Source of the DNA: Eutreptiella sp. 'Long Island Sound 2002'
Lineage: Eukaryota > Protista > Euglenida
Assembly (NCBI GenBank): GCA_964036045.1
Contig: OZ038379.1
Coordinates: forward strand, 10,788,001-10,852,000
Length of the DNA: 64,000 nt
Direction of reading: 5' to 3'
Positions 1 through 12,380 of this stretch are shown in pieces (positions within the stretch are counted from its first letter, which is position 1; each line of letters starts with the position of its first letter). The notes beneath the pieces were generated by a model. It was not told the origin of the DNA, ran no database searches, and saw nothing but the letters and a program-made list of their open reading frames with translations. Position numbers and translations under genes: made by a program.

Positions 1-3000
1 TTTGGGGTGTGGTTAGGGATCCTTACCACTTTTGTGTTCCGGGAGGGACCCTTGACGTGTCCCCAACACAAAAGTGGCAAAGATCCCTTGTCACACCCCA
101 AAGATCCTTGAAAGATCCTTGGCCACACGTCAAAGATCCCTCAAAGAAGCCAAGCGACCGGAATATTTGACGTGTGGCCAAGGATCTTTCAAGGATCTTT
201 GGGGACTGGCTCGGGATCTTTACCACTTTTGCCCTCTGTGAGGGACCCTTGACGTGAGACCACCACAAAAGTGGCAAAGATCCCTCGCCACACCCCAAAG
301 ATCCTTGAAAGATCCTTGGCCACACGTCAAAGATCCCTCAAAGAAGCCAAGCGACCGGAATATTTGACGTGTGGCCAAGGATCTTTCAAGGATCTTTGGG
401 GACTGGCTCGGGATCTTTACCACTTTTGCCCTTTGTGAGGGACTCTTGACGTGAGACCACCACAAAAGTGGCAAAGATCCCTCGCCGAACCCCAAAGATC
501 CTTGAAAGATCCTTGGCCACACGTCAAAGATCCCTCAAAGAAGCCAAGCGACCGGAATATTTGAGGTGTGGCCAAGGATCTTTCAAGGATCTTTGGGGTG
601 TGGCTAGGGATCTTTACCACTTTTGCCCTCTGTGAGGGACCCTTGACGTGAGACCACTACAAAAGCCACACCCCAAAGATCCTTGAAAGATCCTTGGCCA
701 CACGTCAAAGATCCCTCAAAGAAGCCAAGCGACCGGAATATTTGAGGTGTGGCCCAGGATCTTTCAAGGATCTTTGGGGTGTGGTTAGGGATCCTTACCA
801 CTTTTGTGTTCCGGGAGGGACCCTTGACGTGTCCCCAACACAAAAGTGGCAAAGATCCCTTGTCACACCCCAAAGATCCTTGAAAGATCCTTGGCCACAC
901 GTCAAAAAACCCTCAAAGAAGCCAAGCGACCGGAATATTTGACGTGTGGCCAAGGATCTTTCAAGGATCTTTGGGGACTGGCTCGGGATCTCTACCACTT
1001 TTGCCCTCTGTGAGGGACCCTTGACGTGAGACCACCACAAAAGTGGCAAAGATCCCTCGCCACACCCCAAAGATCCTTGAAAGATCCTTGGCCACACGTC
1101 AAAGATCCCTCAAAGAAGCCAAGCGACCGGAATATTTGACGTGTGGCCAAGGATCTTTCAAGGATCTTTGGGGACTGGCTCGGGATCTTTACCACTTTTG
1201 CCCTTTGTGAGGGACCCTTGATGTGAGACCACCACAAAAGTGGCAAAGATCCCTCGCCGAACCCCAAAGATCCTTGAAAGATCCTTGGCCACACGTCAAA
1301 GATCCCTCAAAGAAGCCAAGCGACCGGAATATTTGAGGTGTGGCCAAGGATCTTTCAAGGATCTTTGGGGTGTGGCTAGGGATCTTTACCACTTTTGCCC
1401 TCTGTGAGGGACCCTTGACGTGAGACCACTACAAAAGCCACACCCCAAAGATCCTTGAAAGATCCTTGGCCACACGTCAAAGATCCCTCAAAGAAGCCAA
1501 GCGACCGGAATATTTGAGGTGTGGCCCAGGATCTTTCAAGGATCTTTGGGGTGTGGTTAGGGATCCTTACCACTTTTGTGTTCCGGGAGGGACCCTTGAC
1601 GTGTCCCCAACACAAAAGTGGCAAAGATCCCTTGTCACACCCCAAAGATCCTTGAAAGATCCTTGGCCACACGTCAAAAAACCCTCAAAGAAGCCAAGCG
1701 ACCGGAATATTTGAGGTGTGGCCAAGGATCTTTCAAGGATCTTTGGGGACTGGCTCGGGATCTTTACCACTTTTGCCCTCTGTGAGGGACCCTTGACGTG
1801 AGACCACTACAAAAGTGGCAAAGATCCCTCGCCACACCCCAAAGACCCTTGAAAGATCCTTGGCCACACGTCAAAGATCCCTCAAAGAAGCCAAGCATCC
1901 GGAATATTTGAGGTGTGGCCAAGGATCTTTCAAGGATCTTTGGGGTGTGGCTAGGGATCTTTACCACTTTTGTGTTCGGGGAGGGACCCTTGACGTGTCC
2001 CCAACACAAAAGTGGCAAAGATCCCTTGTCACACCCCAAAGATCCTTGAAAGATCCTTGGCCACACGTCAAAGATCCCTCAAAGAAGCCAAGCATCCGGA
2101 ATATTTGAGGTGTGGCCAAGGATCTTTCAAGGATCTTTGGGGTGTGGCTAGGGATCCTTACCACTTTTGTGTTCCGGGAGGGACCCTTGACGTGTCCCCA
2201 ACACAAAAGTGGCAAAGATCCCTTGTCACACCCCAAAGATCCTTGAAAGATCCTTGGCCACACGTCAAAAACCCTCAAAGAAGCCAAGCGACCGGAATAT
2301 TTGACGTGTGGCCAAGGATCTTTCAAGGAGCTTTGGGGACTGGCTCGGGATCTTTACCACTTTTGCCCTCTGTGAGGGACCCTTGACGTGAGACCACCAC
2401 AAAAGTGGCAAAGATCCCTTGCCACACCCCAAAGATCCTTGAAAGATCCTTGGCCACACGTCAAAAAACCCTCAAAGAAGCCAAGCGACCGGAATGTTTG
2501 ACGTGTGGCCAAGGATCTTTCAAGGATCTTTGGGGACTGGCTTGGGATCTTTACCACTTTTGCCCTCTGTGAGGGACCCTTGACGTGAGACCACTACAAA
2601 AGTGGCAAAGATCCCTCGCCACACCCCAAAGATCCTTGAAAGATCCTTGGCCACACGTCAAAAAACCCTCAAAGAAGCCAAGCGACCGGAATATTTGAGT
2701 TCTGGCCAAGGATCTTTCAAGGATCTTTGGGGTGTGGCTAGGGATCTTTAACACTTTTGTGTTCCGGGAGGGACCCTTGACGTGTCCCCAACACAAAAGT
2801 GGCAAAGATCCCTTGCCACACCCCAAAGATCCTTGAAAGATCCTTGGCCACACGTCAAAAACCCTCAAAGAAGCCAAGCGACCGGAATATTTGACGTGTG
2901 GCCAAGGATCTTTCAAGGATCTTTGGGGACTGGCTCGGTATCTTTACCACTTTTGCCCTCTGTGAGGGACCCTTGACGTGAGACCACCACAAAAGTGGCA

Positions 3001-6000
3001 AAGATCCCTCGCCACACCCCAAAGACCCTTGAAAGATCCTTGGCCACACGTCAAAGATCCCTCAAAGAAGCCAAGCGACCGGAATATTTGAGGTGTGGCC
3101 AAGGATCTTTCAAGGATCTTTGGGGTTTGGTTAGGGATCCTTACCACTTTTGTGTTCCGGGAGGGACCCTTGACGTGTCCCCAACACAAAAGTGGCAAAG
3201 ATCCATTGTCACACCCCAAAGATCCTTGAAAGATCCTTGGCCACACGTCAAAAAACCCTCAAAGAAGCCAAGCGACCGGCATATTTGACGTGTGGCCAAG
3301 GATCTTTCAAGGATCTTTGGGGACTGGCTCAGGATCTCTACCACTTTTGCCCTCTGTGAGGGACCCTTGACGTGAGACCACTACAAAAGTGGCAAAGATC
3401 CCTCGCCACACCCCAAAGATCCTTGAAAGATCCTTGGCCACACGTCAAAGATCCCTCAAAGAAGCCAAGCGACCGGAATATTTGAGGTGTGGCCAAGGAT
3501 CTTTCAAGGATCTTTGGGGTGTGGCTAGGGATCTTTACCACTTTTGCCCTCTGTGAGGGACCCTTGACGTGAGACCACCACAAAAGTGGCAAAGATCCCT
3601 CGCCACACCCCAAAGATCCTTGAAAGATCCTTGGCCACACGTCAAAGATCCCTCAAAGAAGCCAAGCGACCGGAATATTTGAGGTGTGGCCAAGGATCTT
3701 TCAAGGATCTTTGGGGTGTGGCTAGGGATCTTTACCACTTTTGTGTTCCGGGAGGGACCCTTGACGTGTCCCCAACACAAAAGTGGCAAAGATCCCTTGC
3801 CACACCCCAAAGATCCTTGAAAGATCCTTGGCCACACGTCAAAAAACCCTCAAAGAAGCCAAGCGACCGGAATATTTGACGTGTGGCCAAGGATCTTTCA
3901 AGGATCTTTGGGGACTGGCTCGGGATCTTTACCACTTTTGCCCTCTGTGAGGGACCCTTGACGTGAGACCACCACAAAAGTGGCAAAGATCCCTCGCCAC
4001 ACCCCAAAGATCCTTGAAAGATCCTTGGCCACACGTCAAAGATCCCTCAAAGAAGCCAAGCGACCGGAATATTTGACGTGTGGCCAAGGATCTTTCAAGG
4101 ATCTTTGGGGACTGGCTCGGGATCTTTACCACTTTTGCCCCTTGTGAGGGACCCTTGACGTGAGACCACCACAAAAGTGGCAAAGATCCCTCGCCGAACC
4201 CCAAAGATCCTTGAAAGATCCTTGGCCACACGTCAAAGATCCCTCAAAGAAGCCAAGCGACCGGAATATTTGAGGTGTGGCCAAGGATCTTTCAAGGATC
4301 TTTGGGGTGTGGCTAGGGATCTTTACCACTTTTGCCCTCTGTGAGGGACCCTTGACGTGAGACCACTACAAAAGCCACACCCCAAAGATCCTTGAAAGAT
4401 CCTTGGCCACACGTCAAAGATCCCTCAAAGAAGCCAAGCGACCGGAATATTTGAGATGTGGCCCAGGATCTTTCAAGGATCTTTGGGGTGTGGTTAGGGA
4501 TCCTTACCACTTTTGTGTTCCGGGAGGGACCCTTGACGTGTCCCCAACACAAAAGTGGCAAAGATCCCTTGTCACACCCCAAAGATCCTTGAAAGATCCT
4601 TGGCCACACGTCAAAAAACCCTCAAAGAAGCCAAGCGACCGGAATATTTGACGTGTGGCCAAGGATCTTTCAAGGATCTTTGGGGACTGGCTCGGGATCT
4701 CTACCACTTTTGCCCTCTGTGAGGGACCCTTGACGTGAGACCACCACAAAAGTGGCAAAGATCCCTTGCCACACCCCAAAGATCCTTGAAAGATCCTTGG
4801 CCACACGTCAAAGATCCCTCAAAGAAGCCAAGCGACCGGAATATTTGACGTGTGGCCAAGGATCTTTCAAGGATCTTTGGGGACTGGCTCGGGATCTTTA
4901 CCACTTTTGCCCTTTGTGAGGGACCCTTGACGTGAGACCACCACAAAAGTGGCAAAGATCCCTCGCCGAACCCCAAAGATCCTTGAAAGATCCTTGGCCA
5001 CACGTCAAAGATCCCTCAAAGAAGCCAAGCGACCGGAATATTTGAGGTGTGGCCAAGGATCTTTCAAGGATCTTTGGGGTGTGGTTAGGGATCCTTACCA
5101 CTTTTGTGTTCCGGGAGGGACCCTTGACGTGTCCCCAACACAAAAGTGGCAAAGATCCCTCGCCACACCCCAAAGATCCTTGAAAGATCCTTGGCCACAC
5201 GTCAAAGATCCCTCAAAGAAGCCAAGCGACCGGAATATTTGAGGTGTGGCCAAGGATCTTTCAAGGATCTTTGGGGACTGGCTCGGGATCTTTACCACTT
5301 TTGCCCTTTGTGAGGGACCCTTGACGTGAGACCACCACAAAAGTGGCAAAGATCCCTCGCCGAACCCCAAAGATCCTTGAAAGATCCTTGGCCACACGTC
5401 AAAGATCCCTCAAAGAAGCCAAGCGACCGGAATATTTGAGGTGTGGCCAAGGATCTTTCAAGGATCTTTGGGGTGTGGCTAGGGATCTTTACCACTTTTG
5501 CCCTCTGTGAGGGACCCTTGACGTGAGACCACTACAAAAGCCACACCCCAAAGATCCTTGAAAGATCCTTGGCCACACGTCAAAGATCCCTCAAAGAAGC
5601 CAAGCGACCGGAATATTTGAGGTGTGGCCCAGGATCTTTCAAGGATCTTTGGGGTGTGGTTAGGGATCCTTACCACTTTTGTGTTCCGGGAGGGACCCTT
5701 GACGTGTCCCCAACACAAAAGTGGCAAAGATCCCTTGTCACACCCCAAAGATCCTTGAAAGATCCTTGGCCACACGTCAAAAAACCCTCAAAGAAGCCAA
5801 GCGACCGGAATATTTGAGGTGTGGCCAAGGATCTTTCAAGGATCTTTGGGGACTGGCTCGGGATCTTTACCACTTTTGCCCTCTGTGAGGGACCCTTGAC
5901 GTGAGACCACCACAAAAGTGGCAAAGATCCCTCGCCACACCCCAAAGACCCTTGAAAGATCCTTGGCCACACGTCAAAGATCCCTCAAAGAAGCCAAGCA

Positions 6001-9000
6001 TCCGGAATATTTGAGGTGTGGCCAAGGATCTTTCAAGGATCTTTGGGGTGTGGCTAGGGATCTTTACCACTTTTGTGTTCGGGGAGGGACCCTTGACGTG
6101 TCCCCAACACAAAAGTGGCAAAGATCCCTTGTCACACCCCAAAGATCCTTGAAAGATCCTTGGCCACACGTCAAAGATCCCTCAAAGAAGCCAAGCATCC
6201 GGAATATTTGAGGTGTGGCCAAGGATCTTTCAAGGATCTTTGGGGTGTGGCTAGGGATCCTTACCACTTTTGTGTTCCGGGAGGGACCCTTGACGTGTCC
6301 CCAACACAAAAGTGGCAAAGATCCCTTGTCACACCCCAAAGATCCTTGAAAGATCCTTGGCCACACGTCAAAAAACCCTCAAAGAAGCCAAGCGACCGGA
6401 ATATTTGACGTGTGGCCAAGGATCTTTCAAGGAGCTTTGGGGACTGGCTCGGGATCTTTACCACTTTTGCCCTCTGTGAGGGACCCTTGACGTGAGACCA
6501 CCACAAAGGTGGCAAAGATCCCTTGCCACACCCCAAAGATCCTTGAAAGATCCTTGGCCACACGTCAAAAAACCCTCAAAGAAGCCAAGCGACCGGAATG
6601 TTTGACGTGTGGCCAAGGATCTTTCAAGGATCTTTGGGGACTGGCTTGGGATCTTTACCACTTTTGCCCTCTGTGAGGGACCCTTGACGTGAGACCACTA
6701 CAAAAGTGGCAAAGATCCCTCGCCACACCCCAAAGATCCTTGAAAGATCCTTGGCCACACGTCAAAAAACCCTCAAAGAAGCCAAGCGACCGGAATATTT
6801 GAGTTCTGGCCAAGGATCTTTCAAGGATCTTTGGGGTGTGGCTAGGGATCTTTAACACTTTTGTGTTCCGGGAGGGACCCTTGACGTGTCCCCAACACAA
6901 AAGTGGCAAAGATCCCTTGCCACACCCCAAAGATCCTTGAAAGATCCTTGGCCACACGTCAAAAACCCTCAAAGAAGCCAAGCGACCGGAATATTTGAGG
7001 TGTGGCCAAGGATCTTTCAAGGATCTTTGGGGACTGGCTCGGTATCTTTACCACTTTTGCCCTCTGTGAGGGACCCTTGACGTGAGACCACCACAAAAGT
7101 GGCAAAGATCCCTCGCCACACCCCAAAGACCCTTGAAAGATCCTTGGCCACACGTCAAAGATCCCTCAAAGAAGCCAAGCGACCGGAATATTTGAGGTGT
7201 GGCCAAGGATCTTTCAAGGATCTTTGGGGTGTGGTTAGGGATCCTTACCACTTTTGTGTTCCGGGAGGGACCCTTGACGTGTCCCCAACACAAAAGTGGC
7301 AAAGATCCATTGTCACACCCCAAAGATCCTTGAAAGATCCTTGGCCACACGTCAAAAAACCCTCAAAGAAGCCAAGCGACCGGCATATTTGACGTGTGGC
7401 CAAGGATCTTTCAAGGATCTTTGGGGACTGGCTCAGGATCTCTACCACTTTTGCCCTCTGTGAGGGACCCTTGACGTGAGACCACTACAAAAGTGGCAAA
7501 GATCCCTCGCCACACCCCAAAGATCCTTGAAAGATCCTTGGCCACACGTCAAAGATCCCTCAAAGAAGCCAAGCATCCGGAATATTTGAGGTGTGGCCAA
7601 GGATCTTTCAAGGATCTTTGGGGTGTGGCTAGGGATCCTTACCACTTTTGTGTTCGGGGAGGGACCCTTGACGTGTCCCCAACACAAAAGTGGCAAAGAT
7701 CCCTTGCCACACCCCAAAGATCCTTGAAAGATCCTTGGCCACACGTCAAAGATCCCTCAAAGAAGCCAAGCGACCGGAATATTTGACGTGTGGCCAAGGA
7801 TCTTTCAAGGATCTTTGGGGACTGGCTTGGGATCTTTACCACTTTTGCCCTCTGTGAGGGACCCTTGACGTGAGACCACTACAAAAGTGGCAAAGATCCC
7901 TCGCCACACCCCAAAGATCCTTGAAAGATCCTTGGCCACACGTCAAAGATCCCTCAAAGAAGCCAAGCGACCGGAATATTTGAGTTCTGGCCAAGGATCT
8001 TTCAAGGATCTTTGGGGTGTGGCTAGGGATCTTTACCACTTTTGTGTTCCGGGAGGGACCCTTGACGTGTCCCCAACACAAAAGTGGCAAAGATCCCTTG
8101 CCACACCCCAAAGATCCTTGAAAGATCCTTGGCCACACGTCAAAAACCCTCAAAGAAGCCAAGCGACCGGAATATTTGAGGTGTGGCCAAGGATCTTTCA
8201 AGGATCTTTGGGGACTGGCTCGGTATCTTTACCACTTTTGCCCTCTGTGAGGGACCCTTGACGTGAGACCACCACAAAAGTGGCAAAGATCCCTCGCCAC
8301 ACCCCAAAGACCCTTGAAAGATCCTTGGCCACACGTCAAAGATCCCTCAAAGAAGCCAAGCGACCGGAATATTTGAGGTGTGGCCAAGGATCTTTCAAGG
8401 ATCTTTGGGGTGTGGCTAGGGATCTTTAACACTTTTGTGTTCGGGGAGGGACCCTTGACGTGTCCCCAACACAAAAGTGGCAAAGATCCCTTGCCACACC
8501 CCAAAGATCCTTGAAAGATCCTTGGCCACACGTCAAAAACCCTCAAAGAAGCCAAGCGACCGGAATATTTGACGTGTGGCCAAGGATCTTTCAAGGATCT
8601 TTGGGGACTGGCTCGGGATCTTTACCACTTTTGCCCTCTGTGAGGGACCCTTGACGTGAGACCACCACAAAAGTGGCAAAGATCCCTCGCCACACCCCAA
8701 AGATCCTTGAAAGATCCTTGGCCACACGTCAAAAAACCCTCAAAGAAGCCAAGCATCCGGAATATTTGAGGTGTGGCCAAGGATCTTTCAAGGATCTTTG
8801 GGGTGTGGCTAGGGATCTTTACCACTTTTGTGTTCGGGGAGGGACCCTTGACGTGTCCCCAACACAAAAGTGGCAAAGATCCCTTGCCACACCCCAAAGA
8901 TCCTTGAAAGATCCTTGGCCACACGTCAAAAAACCCTCAAAGAAGCCAAGCGACCGGAACGTTTGACGTGTGGCCAAGGATCTTTCAAGGATCTTTGGGG

Positions 9001-10320
9001 ACTGGCTTGGGATCTTTACCACTTTTGCCCTCTGTGAGGGACCCTTGACGTGAGACCACTACAAAAGTGGCAAAGATCCCTCGCCACACCCCAAAGATCC
9101 TTGAAAGATCCTTGGCCACACGTCAAAGATCCCTCAAAGAAGCCAAGCGACCGGAATATTTGAGTTCTGGCCAAGGATCTTTCAAGGATCTTTGGGGTGT
9201 GGCTAGGGATCTTTACCACTTTTGTGTTCCGGGAGGGACCCTTGACGTGTCCCCAACACAAAAGTGGCAAAGATCCCTTGCCACACCCCAAAGATCCTTG
9301 AAAGATCCTTGGCCACACGTCAAAAACCCTCAAAGAAGCCAAGCGACCGGAATATTTGAGGTGTGGCCAAGGATCTTTCAAGGATCTTTGGGGACTGGCT
9401 CGGTATCTTTACCACTTTTGCCCTCTGTGAGGGACCCTTGACGTGAGACCACCACAAAAGTGGCAAAGATCCCTCGCCACTCCCCAACGACCCTTGAAAG
9501 ATCCTTGGCCACACGTCAAAGATCCCTCAAAGAAGCCAAGCGACCGGAATATTTGAGGTGTGGCCAAGGATCTTTCAAGGATCTTTCGGGTGTGGCTAGG
9601 GATCTTTAACACTTTTGTGTTCCGGGAGGGACCCTTGACGTGTCCCCAACACAAAAGTGGCAAAGATCCCTTGCCACACCCCAAAGATCCTTGAAAGATC
9701 CTTGGCCACACGTCAAAAACCCTCAAAGAAGCCAAGCGACCGGAATATTTGACGTGTGGCCAAGGATCTTTCAAGGATCTTTGGGGACTGGCTCGGGATC
9801 TTTACCACTTTTGCCCTCTGTGAGGGACCCTTGACGTGAGACCACCACAAAAGTGGCAAAGATCCCTCGCCACACCCCAAAGATCCTTGAAAGATCCTTG
9901 GCCACACGTCAAAGATCCCTCAAAGAAGCCAAGCGACCGGAATATTTGACGTGTGGCCAAGGATCTTTCAAGGATCTTTGGGGTGTGGCTAGGGATCTTT
10001 ACCACTCTTGCGTTCTGTGAGGGACCCTTGACGTGACACCAACACAAAAGTGGCGAAGATCCCTTGCCACACCCCAAATATCCTTGAAAGATCCTTGGCC
10101 ACAGGTCAAAGATTCCGCAAAGAAGCCAAGCGACTTGAATATTTGAGTTCTGGCCAAGGATCTTTCAAGGATCTTTCGGGACTGGCTAGGGATCTTTGCC
10201 ACTTTTGCATTCTGTGAGGGACCTTTGACGTGTGGCCAACACAAAAGTGGCCAAGATCCCTTGCCACACCCCAAAGATCCTGGAAAGATCCTTGGCCACA
10301 CGTGAAAGATCCCTGAATGA
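1..10320. repeat. 197-bp satellite DNA array (~52 monomers, runs off the left edge), with palindromic monomers and higher-order repeats
   Basis: The same sequence recurs every 197 bp (ORF-track starts 23, 220, 417). A 181-bp deletion variant gives a 772-bp 4-mer (795-23, 1567-795, 4504-3732). Longer periods are ~1180 bp (7836/9016, 8229/9409) and ~4103 bp (1764/5867, 2944/7048). The last monomers (~9990-10320) are degenerate. Confidence 0.98.
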
Positions 10321-11189
10321 AGGATCACCAGTTTCTGACATGCATGTTTGGTGTCACGTGCATCTTGTAGACCCCCAAATGATTGTTCTCTTATTTCGCC
10401 TTCAAGAAGAGGCCTATCCTGATGCCTCCGGGATCGATTGCTCTTACGTGTGATCGCATGTGATCGCTTGGTACAACTTGTGCTGCTTTGCATACAACTT
10501 GCAATTTAGGATGGAAGAATCAACCCCTGTCAAATCAATTCCCAAGTGGTAAAATACACCAAACAAAACTTGTTCTGTTCCTCTGGTGTTGAATACGAGT
10601 GCTTGTGTACCAAAGAGGTCTTGGGTATCCAAAGGTTGTCTCAAAAGGTGCCCCACTGCGTCACTTCGGATGCAGTGTCTTTTTGTGGTGATACTTGAGG
10701 ACAAATGTGGAGGTGTTGCAGTGATTGCAGGTGCTTCCTTCAAACCTGCAAGGGGATGTGCACCAGTGTCCCCCATCTTGCTGCTAGCCGCGCATTCTAG
10801 GGACATTGCATGCAATACTGGCATGCGTAACTTGGTCATCATTTGCAGACGGTCACATTCACGTTGAATTCTTAAATGCTACAATGCCCGTGCTGCAATG
10901 CATTCTATAGTCGACTGCGCATATGGTAGCATGCCTCCGTCCCTCAAAAGTTAGAGATACAATGCAACACATCCACAGCCAACTCATGTAATTTGCACGA
11001 AAATAGGTCGCTGCAAACACAAAGACCATGCAAACAATGTATATCTGAAAGAAAAACAGCACCAACATTGCCTCACTCAAACCCCAACTTAAGGAGAAAA
11101 TTTCATCCAACATGCACACAAGATGCCCCCCAAACCATGTTTGCACTGCACACTCTGACTTTGCATGTTGGGTACAACAAAGCCACCCA

Positions 11190-11490
11190 AAAACAGAGTG
11201 CGTAGGTGCTTCCTTCAAACCTGCAAAGGCCTGCGCCCCACTGTCTCCCATATAGCTGCCCCAAAGAGCCAAAACGAAAGTGCGCAGTACAGGTGCTTCC
11301 TTCAAGCCTGCAAGGGCCTGCACACTACTGTCTCCCATATAGCTGCCCCAAAGATCCAAAACCAGAGTGTGCAATGCAGGTGCTTCCTTCAAACCTGCAA
11401 GCGCCTGCACACTACTGACTCCCATAGCCACCCCAAAGATCCAAAACCAGAGTGTGCAGTGCAGGTGCTTCCTTCAAACCTGCAAGGGCC
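11190..11490. repeat. ~87-bp tandem minisatellite (~3.5 copies, plus a stray partial copy near 10728-10790)
   Basis: GGTGCTTCCTTCAA.CCTGCAAG recurs at 11205, 11292, 11379 and 11464. Confidence 0.9.
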
Positions 11491-11880
11491 TGCACACCAC
11501 CACACCGTGTGTACATAGGAATGCAAGTTTTGTAAGCCGGTACCAATCTCCCTTGTTTGTCTTTTAAGCTCTTTTGCACCTTGCGGAGGTCCACGTGGAC
11601 GTGGCACTTGTCCCACTGTCCCACTGTATACACTGGTGTAAGATCTCAAAGTCCAAGTAGACGGTCCCACCACCATGGGCGGCTGGTGGAAATTCCACAC
11701 AGGACAACCCATGTAGTACTTTACCTCCCACGGTCCGGTCACACTGTCCGAGCACGTACCAGGCACACGTAAGCCCGAGAACAAAAAAGAGGAAGCAACA
11801 TTTCCCCATAAATGGCCGGGGCAAGTGGGCCAGTTAAGGGTGCCTCCCATGTCGTTCTCCCACGTCGTGTGTTGAGTGTG

Positions 11881-12177
11881 TTTCATGAGGTTTCCCCCCA
11901 AAGTAGATCAATTGTAGTCCTTGTCTGAGTTTCCAGAGATCGGTGGCTCGTCACGTTTTGCAGGTGACGATGTGAAAATCCTCTGTTTCATGAGGTTTCC
12001 CCCCAAATTAGATCAATTGTAGTTCACGTCGCTAGCCGATGGCATTGCGAAGCCCGATGAATCATCCATCAGAGCCGTGCACCGGAAGAGTCAAACCCAC
12101 CGCCGTGGCCGGAAATCGTCCTTGTCTGAGTTTCCAGAGATCGGTGGCTCGTCACGTTTTGCAGGTGACAATGTGAA
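11881..12177 (+). repeat. Local segmental duplication just upstream of the NAGLU start codon; each copy carries a TTTTGCAG splice-acceptor-like site
   Basis: Block A is at 11881-11917 and 11986-12023. Block B (GTCCTTGTCTGAG...TTTTGCAGGTGAC.ATGTGAA) is at 11917-11976 and 12118-12177. Confidence 0.85.
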
Positions 12178-12185
12178 CTCCTCAG

Positions 12186-12380
12186 ATGACCTTCATTACC
12201 TGCCTTTTGTTTGCACTTCTTGTTGGGGTCGCAGCCCCGGGCCCAAGGGACATTCATGCGGCGTACGACCTCCTCGATCGAGTCCTGCTAGGCTCAAGTT
12301 CCCATTTCGTCTTGACTTTGGGGGCCTGTCCGGGGCTCGAGCCGCCATGTTACGTGATGGCGGACATTGCAGATGGGAAG
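12186..12380 (+). CDS. NAGLU: NAGLU exon 1 (signal peptide and start of the N-terminal domain)
   Basis: [17 protein letters not shown] is a hydrophobic leader, followed by [16 protein letters not shown]. Donor is AAG|GTTCTC, in phase 0 with exon 2. Confidence 0.8.

Noticed and set aside
23-10077. Dozens of 64-124 aa ORFs on both strands (MWPRIFQGSLG...)
   Set aside because: They are translations of the 197-bp satellite. The period is not a multiple of 3, and the identical ORFs simply recur with the monomer.
1-10320. CRISPR-like reading of the satellite (repeat plus ~31-34-bp spacers)
   Set aside because: The spacers are invariant or fall into two subtypes, the repeats alternate in orientation, there are no cas genes, and the context is eukaryotic.
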